A stretch of DNA of 62,860 nt, the filler included, from Asterionella formosa (Eukaryota), in the NCBI GenBank assembly GCA_002256025.1. It is 24 parts of 24 records of this genome, joined end to end, with 100 filler letters (N's around TTAATTAATTAA, not from the genome) between each part and the next. Parts side by side here need not be neighbours in the genome. Positions count along the whole stretch, not along the records: positions 1 to 25,261 come from NKIB01002017.1; 23 more parts are not named here. The stretch is one strand, 5' to 3'. Each line of letters begins with the position of its first letter. Position 1 is the first letter of the stretch. Below are positions 12,341-24,894 of this stretch, one piece after another. The notes beneath the pieces are model-generated. The model had not been told where the DNA came from and ran no database searches. It saw nothing but the letters and a program-made list of their open reading frames with translations. The position numbers and the translations under genes were made by a program.

Positions 12341-13816
12341 TTACACCTTAGCCTCCATATGACGTTTCTTGTCTAGGTAGGTATCATCGTTTTCGGTCCA
12401 TTCCTCCTGTAAGGTAGGCAAATCATTTTCATCAAAATACGCCTGAAAGCGTGATTCGTTGAAAATATTCTCCCAGTGTGCTGCGGGGTCATCTCCCTCT
12501 GGAATGGACATCACTGTAGAAAAGAAGTCATCGAACACCACATGAAATTGAGGTGATATACCTCCGGTCTTCAATTTTAGTACCAGGGGCACGTTGCTAC
12601 TGTGATTAGGGGACATTCCCACAAACAGAGCACGCCGAGATCTTGGTTCCCATCTGGGCAGTTTCATGCCATTTTGCATCTTTGGATCTAATACATAGGA
12701 CGGACAACCCCACACATGTAAATCCTTAAGACCATGCCTGGGTACTAGAGACCCAGTAAATATATCCATTGGTGACTGACCTGCTCGTATGCCTGGGACA
12801 TGCTTATAGACATGCGCAGCATAATCAACTGCCATAGGCCATAGCGTCGCATCAGCAGTTTCAGGCCATCTTATAGATGCATGTAGCATCATGACTTGTG
12901 CCATATTGGATACAGTGTGTTTGCTTCTTTCAGCAACACCGTTCTGGTGGTGTGCACCAACTCCACAGTATTTAACTTGTTGTCCTCGCGCAATAATTGC
13001 GTCAACAAACTCCTTAGCGCCGAATGTTCCGTTATCAGTCATATAGAATGCACCAAGAACACCGTGATTGTAAGCCCAATTCTCGAATTGCTGCTTTCCA
13101 GTGAGTGTTTCGGTTGCCGAAAATCCCACCTGATGGTGGACATAAAGAAGGCCTGATGCGTGATCCACAAAAATACAGCCCCCTTTATACATGCAAGAAT
13201 CTTGTGATTTTCCGCGCGAAGAATATTGTCGTCCGAGGACACGGGATTCAAAATGATCCACAGACACTCCTGAGCCTGGATATAGATCACCAGACTTTAC
13301 ATTTCCCTCCCTTTCAGGCGAAGGAATGCTGATTGCTGCTTTTAAAGGTTTTCTATGGGCCTTACCGTACTCACATGCTGCACACTTAGGTGCAGTGCAA
13401 CGGGCAGCTGCTCAACTCTTGAGATTGTTACCAAATGACAGTTGTCGTAACAACCACTGTATTGTAGCAGAGCCAAAATGTCCCAGTTTGTAGTGCCAAC
13501 GCAGATACTCCTTCTGTGCCTCTGTTAAATTCTGATTGCGGTCTTCGGTGATGCATAGATATAGGAACTCCTCTCGTTGGCCTGCAGTAGCAGAACGAAT
13601 TGCTCGACTTGTTGGCAAGTCATTGACTGGGTCATAGTAAATAGTTAAAGGTGGTTTACCGTCTATCAGTTGCTGGGCATAGTCATCCAGTATGACAAAC
13701 TGACTGGTAAAACCTTGTTCTTTAGAGAATATTTGTTGGGGTGATAGAAGATGCTGTGTACACTGAGGAGCATAGTATGCATTCAGATGCAGGGGCGGGG
13801 TGCAACAAACGTCCAT
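12341..13816 (-). pseudogene. Copia GAG-pre-integrase and integrase, disrupted
   Basis: LRWHYKLGH, SVDHFES, IFVDHASG, TDNGTF, GVGAHHQNGVAER, VWGCPSYVLDP, ISPQFHVVFDDFF. Confidence 0.92.
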
Positions 13817-14021
13817 CGTCAGATAGAAAAGTCCAGTGCACAGTGCCTATGCCTTCTACAGCAAGGTCTGAAGCAATCCCTCCCAGGCGTAATGGTGCCT
13901 TGGGAATTGATAACTCCCCAACAAAATCTCCCTTATATGCGCTTACGGGGCGTGTTGCCCCAGTATCCCAAATAACGGAGAAATGTTCATCTTTGTTGTT
14001 GAACATGTTGTTTGAATCCAT
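13722..14021 (-). pseudogene. Copia aspartic protease
   Basis: VIWDTGA motif, then L.GIA..L.VEGIGTV.W. Confidence 0.85.
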
Positions 14022-14174
14022 TTCATATGGTTTTATTTGTTCATTAGAACTTAATATATTTATTTCTGGTGTATATATTTCATGTAGTTTACTGTCGGTT
14101 TCATGTTAATGTGTACAGCCAACAGTGACGCATCGCTGCTGGCAGGCAACTCAGAAGGTACTAGTGAACCATGT

Positions 14175-14266
14175 GTGATCATCGTGGTCCTCATTACCCA
14201 ATTCATCATCGGAGTCACTTGTGATCATCGTGGTACTCATTACCCGATTCATCATCGGAGTCACTT
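14175..14266. repeat. 46-bp tandem duplication that ends the gag frame
   Basis: GTGATCATCGTGGT(C/A)CTCATTACCC(A/G)ATTCATCATCGGAGTCACTT at 14175-14220 and 14221-14266. Confidence 0.9.
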
Positions 14267-16110
14267 GCCTCACTAGTAGAATAGTAAATGCGACCAGACA
14301 AGACGACTGCACGGACTAAACTAATCTGTTCCACTTCCATCATTTCTGTGGATTCATCATCATGGACACCTGATTCACAATCAAAGAACACGTCACAGTC
14401 TTCGTCTGTACTAGAGAGGTAGCCTGTGGGGAGGATAGTAGTCCTATTTGGGCCCAATGGTGGCGGAATCACGCATGGGGATTTCAGACTGGCGTCGACT
14501 TGTTGAGCATGCAACAAATCACGGACAACATTTAACCATTCTACATTCTCTTCACTACTGGCAGCAACATATCCAAAAGGGGTCAAAACAAGTGTGGCGT
14601 CCTCCTCTGGTGCATCATCCACGTTGAGGACTGCATGAGCTAGACCTGCTACTGCACCCTGGTTTTTAGCTGGCTGGCTTCCTGTGTGGGTGGCTGTGGA
14701 GTGTGTAGTGGACCAACGGCCTTCCCCGCCACGACATTTCGCGCACCAATGCCATGTTTTTCCATCCCTATTAATTGTGTTAAGAGAACCATCAGTAGGA
14801 GGAATGTCCTTCCAGAAGCGTTTGGAATTCATCCTTTCTGGACCTGAGTCATTCTTCTTGAATTCACCTCCAGGCATATCATTTTCTGGACAGTTAGGCT
14901 TAATATGCCCCTTTTTCCCACACTTGTAACAAACAATGTCAGGAGAGTCTTTAATACTACCTAGATTCCTACACAGCAGCTTTAATTCCTCAAAGACTGC
15001 TGCTTGATAGGCATTGGGAAGGGCATCTGACTGCAACTTAGGTACTGTCTTCAGAGGTGGCCAGCGGTCATAATCAACTAGACGCTTAAAACTGGACATT
15101 GCCAACTCGCATAAGGACTTAACACCCAGAGAAGTACTCTGAAATGCCAGAATTGTCCCTTCATCCTTACCGTGTAGGGAGCGCTCTTCATCATCTACCT
15201 GTACAGACTTTGAATAGAATGGGGTTCTGAACTCTTCTACACTGCAACATAGAAACTTTGCAATGGCCACGCTTGAAATGGTAGCAGGCATGGCATTGCC
15301 ATGCTTCAGTAGATTATATGTTGCCTGAATGTCATTTATGAGCAAGTGGACATTTTCACAAGGATAGTTAGAAAGAGACAGATTAAGAAATTGTTCTAAT
15401 ATATTATCCATGCGTTGAGGTGAACCTGATGTCACCTCATCCATTAGTGCCATCCACAATAGTAGACCTGGACCCCAATCACCATATTCCTCCAGTCGCT
15501 CATATAAACCAGTAAGGATCTTGGGATCTACATGCAATTCAATTAACCTCCACAGGTGTGCTGAATCTTCTCTTGCTTGATTATCCCATACCTTTGCCTG
15601 GTTATGATATGATTCTTCTGTCTCTATTTCTGGATCATTAGGTAGAAACACTGGGACAGGTTCCACTTCTAAGCATTTGTCAATATAGAGTTTGACCTGT
15701 GCAAACTTGATCCTAGAGTGATTAGTGGCCATGTCCCACATCTCACCCTCTGCATCAGGAGCATAGAAAAAAGTGTCTACCCCCAGCATGGCTGCTTCCT
15801 TATGAATTACACGTTCCAATTCATACAAGGTATAGTCCTTAGTAGGATCCCCAGTGGGACCCTATAGAGCTTGCGCCTCTCTTTGGTACAGTAGTCGAAT
15901 AGGCTACGAACTTCCTTGGTATCTCCTGTACGTAGCTGATACGGAGAAAACATTGGAGACATTTCAGTAATAAAATGACGATCCAAACTGCCCCCAGAAT
16001 AGCGAAGTCCTTCTGGGGTGACGTGTCCAAATTTAGTTGCCTGCAACATGATGTTGTACCAGGTACCTTGCCGATGGTATGTGTAGGTGGTACCCCGGTG
16101 TACTTGCGAG
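14215..16110 (-). pseudogene. Copia gag with CCHC zinc knuckle; 5' part frameshifted
   Basis: CYKCGKKGHIKPNC and TWHWCAKC..GRWSTTHSTATH (CoDi-like second Cys/His motif) in ORF 14215-15828; upstream part lies in ORF 15807-16049. Confidence 0.88.
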
Positions 16111-16249
16111 GTTTGTACTTAAAGGGCGACCTTAACACCAGACTGTGCTGAAGCTCTGTACACACGCACCCAAAAAAGGAAAGAACAGAATAAAAAAAGA
16201 AAGACCACGTGCATTGGACACGATATCGAACCTAGTGTCTGGTTCTTAT

Positions 16250-16650
16250 ACTGGCGGGGTTCGCTTGGTACGGTTATACAGTTGAAGTCTTGAACAGGTA
16301 TGCAGGCTGTACCGGCAGCTGTCTTCGCGTGACGCACAGTACCAGTACTAGGTACCACCGTACTGTTAAGCTGTTGTACTTGTGGGGTTCGCTTTGTACA
16401 GTACCAGGTACTTGCTACTGCCGTAGTGTAAGCTGTTGTACTTGCGGGGTTCGCTTTGTACCTGAGTAGCAAAGAAGTGTAGATTAGTATGGTAGGTGCG
16501 ATCATGGTTGGTAGATGGTATCGTCGATGTAGTTGTGACTTGTGTCTTGTTCAAGCTGTAGGTGTCGTCGCTTCGGGCACAGTACCACTGCAGCGTAGGT
16601 TGTTGTACTTGCGGGGTTCGCTTTGTACCTGAGTAGCAAAGAAGTGTTGA
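16250..16650. repeat. Internal repeats in the copia 5' leader
   Basis: TTGTACTTG(C/T)GGGGTTCGCTTTGTAC at about 16375, 16436 and 16603; shorter copy near 16255. Confidence 0.85.
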
Positions 16651-17636
16651 CTCTTTGCTCCCACAATTTTCGGTGTGAAACAACCAAACAACCAACTTGT
16701 TGTAAACCTTTAGCTGTATTGGGCTTCAATAACCAGTCAGAAATCAACTTGGTGAGTATTATGAGTAAGGAGTACAATTTACGATTTTAATATTCTGTTG
16801 ACAATCTTAGTAGTTTCACTTATGTGTTTTCTAAAAGAGTGAGCTTAAACTAAATGTAATTTTGAAATTCAGTTTCGATTGAAACATGGCAACTCCTACA
16901 TGTTTCTGAAATGAATTTGTTCTTTGTTCCTTGGAGGCGAGGTTCTTCGTAGTTCCTACAGCTGTAGCAAAGTAGATTACATCGCCTCCTCTTCCTTGTT
17001 GTAACATATATATCCATCTAGCTAGCCTAGATAGATTCTAGGACATAAATGTTCCTCTACTGAGATACTTTTCAGGTATCTGCAATATGATGATTGGATT
17101 GTTCCTCAATCCTTTAATAGGATGATTCGATTGTTCTTCAATGCTCTAGACAGAACTGATTTGTCTCTCCAATCATTCCTTGTTTAGGGTTTACCAAGTT
17201 TGTTTGGTAAACATAGGGAAAACTTGATAGAATTCGCCCTTCAACATTGTTCTTTATCAAATGTCTGAAGGTTATCAACCTTGGTATTTAATTGTGCGTT
17301 GTTCCATCAAACACAACGACTAGTAGGGAAATGTTGTCTTCACACAAAGTGGAGACCTAGCTAACTGGGAATCAGGAATCAAGAATTCTTCTGTGTTGCA
17401 ACTTCTACTCACTAAAGAAATTGATTCTCGACGTATTGGATTCCATATATATTTATGAGTGTGGTACTGGACTACCGGTATATATAATATGATATACCGG
17501 TATGTCCCATTCGACAATTCTTAACACCAATCAAGCCTGGCGTGGCCGATCCATCTCGCACTATATCTATGGGACTTCGTTAGATTATTAAACACACAAG
17601 CAAATCTAGAGCAGCGAGACTATATTACTACAAGCA

Positions 17637-18545
17637 ATGAGATTGTGCCTCTTGACGCTTATAGCCTCCTCCTCCTCGTCAAACATGAAGATAATCGAAC
17701 AACTTGTTAGATCCAAATTGGGCGCCGATTTGAGTTCGTGCGAAGACGGCTTGGCTGTATCCGATGATTTTGCACTGGTTGTTGATGGGGCAACCTCTAC
17801 GACAGGACGTCGGTGGACAGCAGACGAGATAACCGGGGGCCAGTGGGCATCTAGGCTGCTGTGCGAAGCAATACAAAAACTTCCAGGGACAAGCTCGCCT
17901 CAAATGTGCATCGATTTTTTGTCAGAGCAAATGAAAATTGCATACCAGGTAGAAGAAGGGGCAATCAATTCCTTCATAGACGCCCCTGAAGAACGAGCAA
18001 CAGCTTCCATGGTTTTGTATTCTAGTCATTTGAATCAAATAATTATGGTCGGAGATTGCCAGGCCGCATTTTTGGATGCAAGCGACGAAATTATTCTCCA
18101 CATCCAGCCGGAAAAATATGTTGACGTTGTGACAGCTAGAGCGCGATGCATGTTGCTGCAAGCTGAGCTGCTTGCAGGCACATCCTTAGAAGAGCTTCGC
18201 AGAACAGATCCTGGTCGTGAGCTTATTCATCCCTTATTAGTCAAGCAAAGGAGATTCCAAAATAACCTCAATGCTCCAAAGTTGTACCAATACTATGCGA
18301 TGGACGGATTTCCAATCTCCTCTATTGGATTTGAAGTGCATGATGTCCCCAGAGGTACAAAACAGCTTATTCTTGCTTCCGACGGCTATCCAAAGTTGTT
18401 TTCGTCACTTGAAGCAACAGAAAAACATTTGATGGAACTCATTAAAACTGATCCCTTGCTTTGCTTTGAATTTCAATCAACAAAGGGTGTGAGGACAGGA
18501 CAAGAATCATTTGATGACAGGACCTATCTAAGAATTCAACTTTGA
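17637..18545 (+). CDS. Intronless PP2C/PPM-fold phosphatase-like protein of bacterial type (alternative start 17685)
   Basis: Intact 302-aa ORF with PPM metal-binding motifs CEDG, VVDGATS, VGDC, ILASDGY and terminal DDRTY. Confidence 0.8.
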   Translation: MRLCLLTLIASSSSSNMKIIEQLVRSKLGADLSSCEDGLAVSDDFALVVDGATSTTGRRWTADEITGGQWASRLLCEAIQKLPGTSSPQMCIDFLSEQMKIAYQVEEGAINSFIDAPEERATASMVLYSSHLNQIIMVGDCQAAFLDASDEIILHIQPEKYVDVVTARARCMLLQAELLAGTSLEELRRTDPGRELIHPLLVKQRRFQNNLNAPKLYQYYAMDGFPISSIGFEVHDVPRGTKQLILASDGYPKLFSSLEATEKHLMELIKTDPLLCFEFQSTKGVRTGQESFDDRTYLRIQL

Positions 18546-19049
18546 TGCTTGTCAATTTTGCACTACTATGAATCTAGGTCGGAGCAGTGTACATTTTAAG
18601 TTTCATCATGTGACAAAACAGCTGTTACAACACTTAATACTTGGTGGACGGCTCCTTCCATCCCATTGCAACGTCGGTTTTGCTCCTTGTGGATTTGTTT
18701 CAAATCCTTTGAATCAACTGTTTTGAGTCTTCGTTTTCCGTGGTATCATTGCTGCCTTGCCATAGAGACAAGCAGAACATTGTGGGATTCATATGTGGAT
18801 AGTGGCCACCCTTGGCCATGGATTGAATGGAAGGAAAAGGAAAATAGATGGTGTTAAGCAATTAACTAACTCTTCCTCCTCAAGCTCCACAATTTTGTCA
18901 TGGAATTCAATTTTTGAAGGGCCATTTTTTGATAATTGCTCCATTGTGTTGTCATTTCCATGCTGAGTTGTAACATTGGACAGAGGCACAGTTTCTGCTA
19001 AGGCAGCATCATATCAAAGCAGTCTTCCATTCCTCGTTATTATTCCAGA

Positions 19050-19760
19050 GATCTACTAACCCATTGTCAAATGGTATACCATCTGTCATAAAAGATCTCA
19101 GTAAAACTGATAGTGTACATGACAATTCTTCTTCAGTTTTTGATACCAGAAACGTTCCTCCTATTTGATATTACACTTTTATAATTCCCAAATGCAGCCT
19201 GGTGGTCTGGTCCAAGTAGTTCATAAGGCATTTCAAGCACAAAGAAGTTTGGTTCTCCCTATGTTGCCGAAATGTGCTTTATGCAGCGAGATCAGAGTTA
19301 GACAAGAAGCAGAAGTGGCACTCAACTTCCAAACTTCAAATGGAATGGATTTGATTATCACTCCATTGAATGTACCAAGCAACAAGGCACATTTAGAATG
19401 TATCAAATCCAAATTTGGTGGCATGTGCATTAACAAAGAAATGAGAGAACATCAAAATAAACTGAATAACCATCTAAGGCAATATTAGGTATATTACAAT
19501 GAGAAGCTTACAACAGTTGCCAGTGATTTTCTATCAAAATTTTTCGACTCAAATATACTAACAAATTTTCCAATAAATTCCTTGGTCTTAAAGTGTATTA
19601 TAACAAGACTATAGATTCTGTCGCTTTTCTTTGTTTGGCATACAAATTTGATGGATTGGCGCAGTGATCAAGGGACAACAAATATTCCCAAGAGGAACAT
19701 CAAATTCACTGAATGCGGTTATCACTGGAGTATAGATGATGACATTGATTTAGATTTAAA
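19050..19760 (+). pseudogene. Old diverged copy of ORF-X
   Basis: LVQVVHKAF...HLECIKSKFGGMCINKEMREHQNKLNN aligns with RLDYIKSTFGGMCIKKLRECQNVLNN at 58481-58816. Confidence 0.75.
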
Positions 19761-20159
19761 ATAACAGAAACCAATGTAGTATGAACAGTAAGGAAGCACG
19801 GTTTCCGTTCAAGCCATGAAAGTGGATTTTTTTCACAACTTTAAGGGTTACCTCCTTGTTGAGTTGTAAAGTACAAGGTTACACAATGCAAGATTGCAGC
19901 ACACCCCACAAAGACTTTTTTAAATCAGAACTTCTAATCCTTCCTGAAAAAGCAGCGTTGATCAAAATATATATATAATGCTGCGAACACTCATAATTAT
20001 TTGATAAATAAAATAAATTTTGTTCTTGAACACATAAATTTTGGATTGACCCAAATGAATTCTGAAAAAGTAACATAATATTTTAGAACAGTAACATAAA
20101 TCTGTCACTTTCAACCTCTATAATGGATAAATACGTCAGGTTCACTACCTTATAGCTGA

Positions 20160-20450
20160 TAAAATAAATATTTCTGATGGAAACACGTTTTGATAAACAA
20201 ACCTATGGATTTGAAGTCAAAAAGTATCCGACCATCTTTGTTTTTGATGAACAAACCTGGAAAAGAGGCAAATTGTTTTCAGCAAAATCGTGATTAAAGT
20301 CTCGATTTTGCTGTTAAAAAGCATGACGTGCTATTCGCGTAGCCAATCATAATTTTGGTTGACGGCAGGCTATCATTGCTGTTTCCTGGGCTGGCGTGTT
20401 GGTGTGCTGGTCTGGTGTGTGTGGTGATTGTGATACATGAAATGGGTGAA
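20160..20450. repeat. Dispersed repeat shared with contig 25362-26899
   Basis: GCCAATCATAATTTTGGTTGA...GGTGATTGTGATACAT at 20342 and 25362; GTCAAAAAGTATCCGA.CATCTTTG at about 20216 and 25890. Confidence 0.8.
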
Positions 20451-20949
20451 ATGTAACACATAAATATTGATTTTTAAAATTAACGTATTTCAGTGAACAT
20501 TCATCTACGTCAGCTTCTTCCAACAACCAGCCACTCTTCCTTCTGAAAATTGTGGCTACAACATGAAATAGTGGAAACAAGAACTAGCTCAATGTATGAT
20601 GTCATTTTAACCATCAGTTCAACCAAGGAGGAGTGCACTGAATCCGGAACGCAGATTCGGTGTTCTTTGCTAATGCACCAATGTAACTACTACGGAATAC
20701 CAAGATATGATTCTATGTATCTAGCTATTGACGCCTCTCCTCCTTTGCACCCATGATTGATCTGTCCCTTCCAACAACGCAATTTGAATAGCCTCCGAAG
20801 TGGAACAAACGTTGTTCTGTAGCAAGTACTTCGTCCATTTCCAGCCATGTCAATCATGAAGATTTTGACTTGGATGATGATTCATATGATGAAGAAATAT
20901 CATGATTTTTCTGGAAGGAGCGACCGCAAGGGTAGTAGCTGGGTGTAAG

Positions 20950-21960
20950 TTGGATCACAGATAAACCCGAAAGAGTGAATTTGTTTGGTAATTAATTAAA
21001 CACGAAAACATTCCTTTAGATTCCTCGCAAGAAAAGCAAAAGGTGTGATTTTGTAGGAAACCTAGCATTTTTGTGTTAAATTCATCGGCTTTACTGCTTC
21101 GTTGACCAAATTTGATTGATTGCACTTTGTTAACAAAATCATGAAACAATGAAACTGCGTTAACAGCATTGTTCCCTGGGAGATCAAAAGGTTGCGAATT
21201 TTGTTTCAAATACCGTCTGCACATAATTCTCGCTTGAAAACGGTCTAACAAGAACGCAAACAATGGACAAGAAAACAAAATGTGTATCCTTATCACTAGT
21301 TCAGAAGTCTAGCTTATATCCATTGTAGCATATGATACCAAGATTTCTTGGCAGAGCTATGTCAATTTTGTACTTGTTGAGCATTGTAACCGCTTTTTCG
21401 ACATCATGCTGTATTGACAAACCCCTTGATGTCATGCTTCCATATTCATCCTTGGACGCTTCCAAGCTCGTTTCTCAAGAACACCACAATGTCTCCTATC
21501 TGATTGTTTTTCCGAGGTAGAATAGGCTCAATGTCGGGAACGATTTTTTTAGTGGGAAAAAGATTCAATCTCTTGGATTCTTCATTTGATCCCTCCTCTC
21601 TCCATGTGAAGATCGATTTGGCCTGTGCCCATATAAGTGAAGCCGTGGACTCTTGCTCTTTCACATTCAAACCTTGGCGAAGAAATAATAATTTGAGTTT
21701 GTTGTTCTCACATGGCAATATCTTTGTAATACAGAGGCTGAGGATTTCCAATAACAGAAAAACCTGAGCGAAGCAGCAGATCTCTAAAGGATTCAATTTG
21801 CAGCCACTGGATCTTGCAGCAAGATATAGCATACAAGGATGATGATCATGAGATAAGCAAACTCAGGTTTGGAAACTTGCTTTTTCAATTTCTTCAGGAT
21901 CCAGCCAGCGAGTTATCATTCGTATATTGGTCTTGTGTGACTTGTGACCATGGTTGTCTT
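20950..21960 (-). pseudogene. Decayed coding sequence of unknown family, probably TE-derived
   Basis: Protein-like ORF pieces 21446-21832 and 20955-21296 broken by stops and frameshifts; no motif recognised. Confidence 0.3.
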
Positions 21961-22398
21961 CGCTGGCTGTGATTGCAACTCTCAAGATATGCACTTATAT
22001 TGGCTATGAAAGCATGTATCAAAAATAAATGCTTCATACCATAAAGATATCAATCCATTTGCCTCTCAGATCTATGAAACAAAAAATAATATTTCCTCAA
22101 TTGCATGATGATTACTGATAACCAGCAGAACCTCTTTTGAATGTCTTGAGCATCTGCAATGATGATTTCAGTGTGTAGTCATACTAATCGATCGAACGTA
22201 CGGGTTACATACGACTGTATCGGGTAGCCGGGTACCAGTATTTAGTATTCCTGTGGGATTACAAGGACACACCATGACACGACAACTACCTACATAAAAA
22301 AAGATAATAGGACTTGTCCGATTTAAATCAACAAAGCAAATCAGCATTTGCATTTGTTGCATCATTTTGCATTAAGTTAGTCTCCTCGCACCTTGACG

Positions 22399-23856
22399 AT
22401 GCCAAAGAAGCGTGTGTCGTACTTCTACCACCCTGAGGTGGGTCACTTCTATTACGGACCATCGCATCCAATGAAGCCTCATAGGTTGAAGTTGGCGCAT
22501 CATCTGGTGCTGTCGTATGGCCTCTACAAAGATATGGACTGTTATCGACCGCACCCAGCTAGTTTGGGCGAACTGACTCAATTCCATTCCGAAGAATACA
22601 TAAATTTCATGGCTAAGATCACGCCTGACAATCTACGCCAGTATCACACTCAAATGCAGAGATTCAATGCCGGGGAATACACTGATTGTCCGGTCTTTGA
22701 CGGCCTATCGGAGTTTACTTCCTTGTACACAGGAGCCTCCCTGGATGGAGCAGTTCAGTTGGCACAGGGACAAGCAGATATCGCCATCAACTGGAGTGGT
22801 GGTCTGCATCACGCAAAGAAAAGCGAAGCAAGTGGATTTTGTTACATCAATGATATTGTCCTGGCGATCCTGGAGCTATTAAAGGTTCACGCTCGCGTCT
22901 TGTATATTGATATCGACGTTCATCATGGTAAGCCAGAGTCTTGATCAATAGCAAGCTATCGCAGGTGCAGTTACTGTTCCAATCTGTTCAACCTTCTCTT
23001 ATCATTCGATACACAATCACTGCAGGTGACGGAGTCGAAGAAGCATTTTACTGCACTGATCGAGTGATGACGTTCAGTTTGCACAAATATGGTGATTTTT
23101 TCCCTGGTACAGGTCACTCCTCTGACATTGGCGCCAAGGAAGGAACAGGATTTAGCGTCAATGCTCCTCTTACAAGTGGAATCACAGACCAAAGCTACAG
23201 AGAAATATTCCAACCCATCATGTCCAAAATCATGGAAGTCTACCAACCAGGGGCCATTGTTTTACAGTGTGGAGCCGATTCTTTGACTGGTGATCGCCTT
23301 GGTTGCTTCAATATGACCCTTCATGGACATGCAGAATGTGTTTCCTTCGTCAAGACCTTTGGTCGTCCTGTTTTGGTTCTCGGTGGTGGGGGATACACCA
23401 TTCGAAATGTGGCGCGATGCTGGGCTTATGAAACTTCAGTTGTTCTAGACAAGGAGATTTCAAATGATATCCCTTTCAATGACTACTATGAATATTACGC
23501 GCCGGACTTTGAGCTACATTTGACTCCAGAAAATGTGGAAAATTTGAATACTCGGGAGTAAGTGATTTTTTTTTGCTGCATTGCTAAGGGCAGGAGGCGT
23601 GGCCCGTTTGTTGCTGACTATTCCTCGCGTTCACAGATCCCTCGACGCAATCAAAGTGGAATTATTACAACAACTTCAAAATTTGCAAGGCGCACCATCA
23701 GTTCAAATGCAGGAAGTGCCTCCTTTATTTCGCGTCCACGACAAGGAAGAAAACGATGGTGGCCCAGAGGATGATGAGCGCCCCACAAACAAGACTCGCC
23801 ATGGGGATGGCGACAAGCGAGCTCACGAAGCTGAATTTTACGACGAGGTCGATTGA
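22399..23856 (+). CDS. HDAC3: Class I histone deacetylase, HDAC3/HDA9-like; exons 22399-22927, 23026-23557, 23637-23856
   Basis: [51 protein letters not shown] and C-terminal EFYD. GT-AG introns 22928-23025 and 23558-23636 restore the frame. Confidence 0.93.
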
Positions 23857-23866
23857 GGCACATTAA

Positions 23867-24643
23867 TTATTCTCTTGGGGCTTCCCGATTTGGAAATAGC
23901 AAGACTTGGTTTTGATAAAGTTCCTGTAGTTGATCGAAACCACGATCTAGTAGTATGGCTTTGTTGTGTCCAGCAATAGCCGAAGTTGCTTCCACTCCGG
24001 CTTTTTCAATGACAAATCTAGAAACAACCGAAACGGTAGGATAAGGTGATTTCTTTTCAAATGATAGTTCAGCCTCGTCGTCTTGAAAAAGCCAATCGGG
24101 ATGGAATGGAGCCAGCGTCACTTCATCGAAAGAACTATCAATAAAGGCTTCTTCTAAATCAAGAAACCAACCATAAAACGACCCGAATTCCCAATACTCA
24201 GTGGTAACAATAAAGGAAATCGCTAAATTTGCATCCACTTCACCAGATTTTATCGCTGCTATCAAGTTGCTCGATGCATCTTCCACGGCGCTCTGCATAT
24301 CATGCGCTCGGTCTACAAGATACACTTTGACGCCGCCTTGAGATTTCACCGAAGCAGCTGCCCACGGACACAGATTCAGTGGTACCACGAAGTTGGTGCA
24401 CCATCTCCATGTTTCTTCAGTAGCAGGTGGAGGGGAATCTTGTGAGCCCCAGTTGCCTGTGTCGTCTACCTTAACGAATATAACTGGATTTTTGGGACGA
24501 TCATCTGCATAAGGCGATTTTGAGAGACGAGCAGTCGTGCGGTGTGATGGAAAAGCCATGGGAGGTGATGAAATCCATCCGTGACTTTTCCCGACAAGAA
24601 GAACGAAGAGGAGAGGTAGATTTATGGCCATGACCCTGACCAT
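23867..24643 (-). CDS. DUF1415-family protein, probably plastid-targeted
   Basis: FVVPLNLCPWA, LAPFHP and SPYP motifs; signal peptide ending SHG followed by W-ISS and a Ser/Thr/Arg-rich transit-like region (ASAFAP-type). Confidence 0.8.
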   Translation of the reverse strand: MVRVMAINLPLLFVLLVGKSHGWISSPPMAFPSHRTTARLSKSPYADDRPKNPVIFVKVDDTGNWGSQDSPPPATEETWRWCTNFVVPLNLCPWAAASVKSQGGVKVYLVDRAHDMQSAVEDASSNLIAAIKSGEVDANLAISFIVTTEYWEFGSFYGWFLDLEEAFIDSSFDEVTLAPFHPDWLFQDDEAELSFEKKSPYPTVSVVSRFVIEKAGVEATSAIAGHNKAILLDRGFDQLQELYQNQVLLFPNREAPRE

Positions 24644-24894
24644 GATTCAATGCTACTGAACTGTCCGACTTTGATGTCAGCAGCAGGATTTCCTTGGCTC
24701 CCACTACTGTACATACAACAGTTTGATGTTCGTCGTCGGCATTGTTTAATTCTCGGCTCTGTTGGAGAAATTATTTTAGGAAAGAAAATCCCGGTATGAA
24801 TTACCTACTACATATTGAATCGAATGAATCAAGAAAGAATATGGTACCAGAGAATTCGAAAACAATCTACTGGTACATCAACATTATTGACGAA

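Larger units (their letters stand above)
10936..17246 (-). mobile_element. Ty1/copia (CoDi-type) LTR retrotransposon, 3'-truncated and frameshifted
   Basis: Domain order gag-PR-IN-RT; PBS-like GGTTATTGAAGCCCA at about 16720-16734; LTR-like region up to TGTTGAAGG at 17246; RNase H and 3' LTR missing. Confidence 0.92.

Noticed and set aside
16250..16650. Spaced ~28-bp repeats resembling a CRISPR array
   Set aside because: Irregular spacing, inter-repeat sequence partly repeated, and located in a copia 5' leader.
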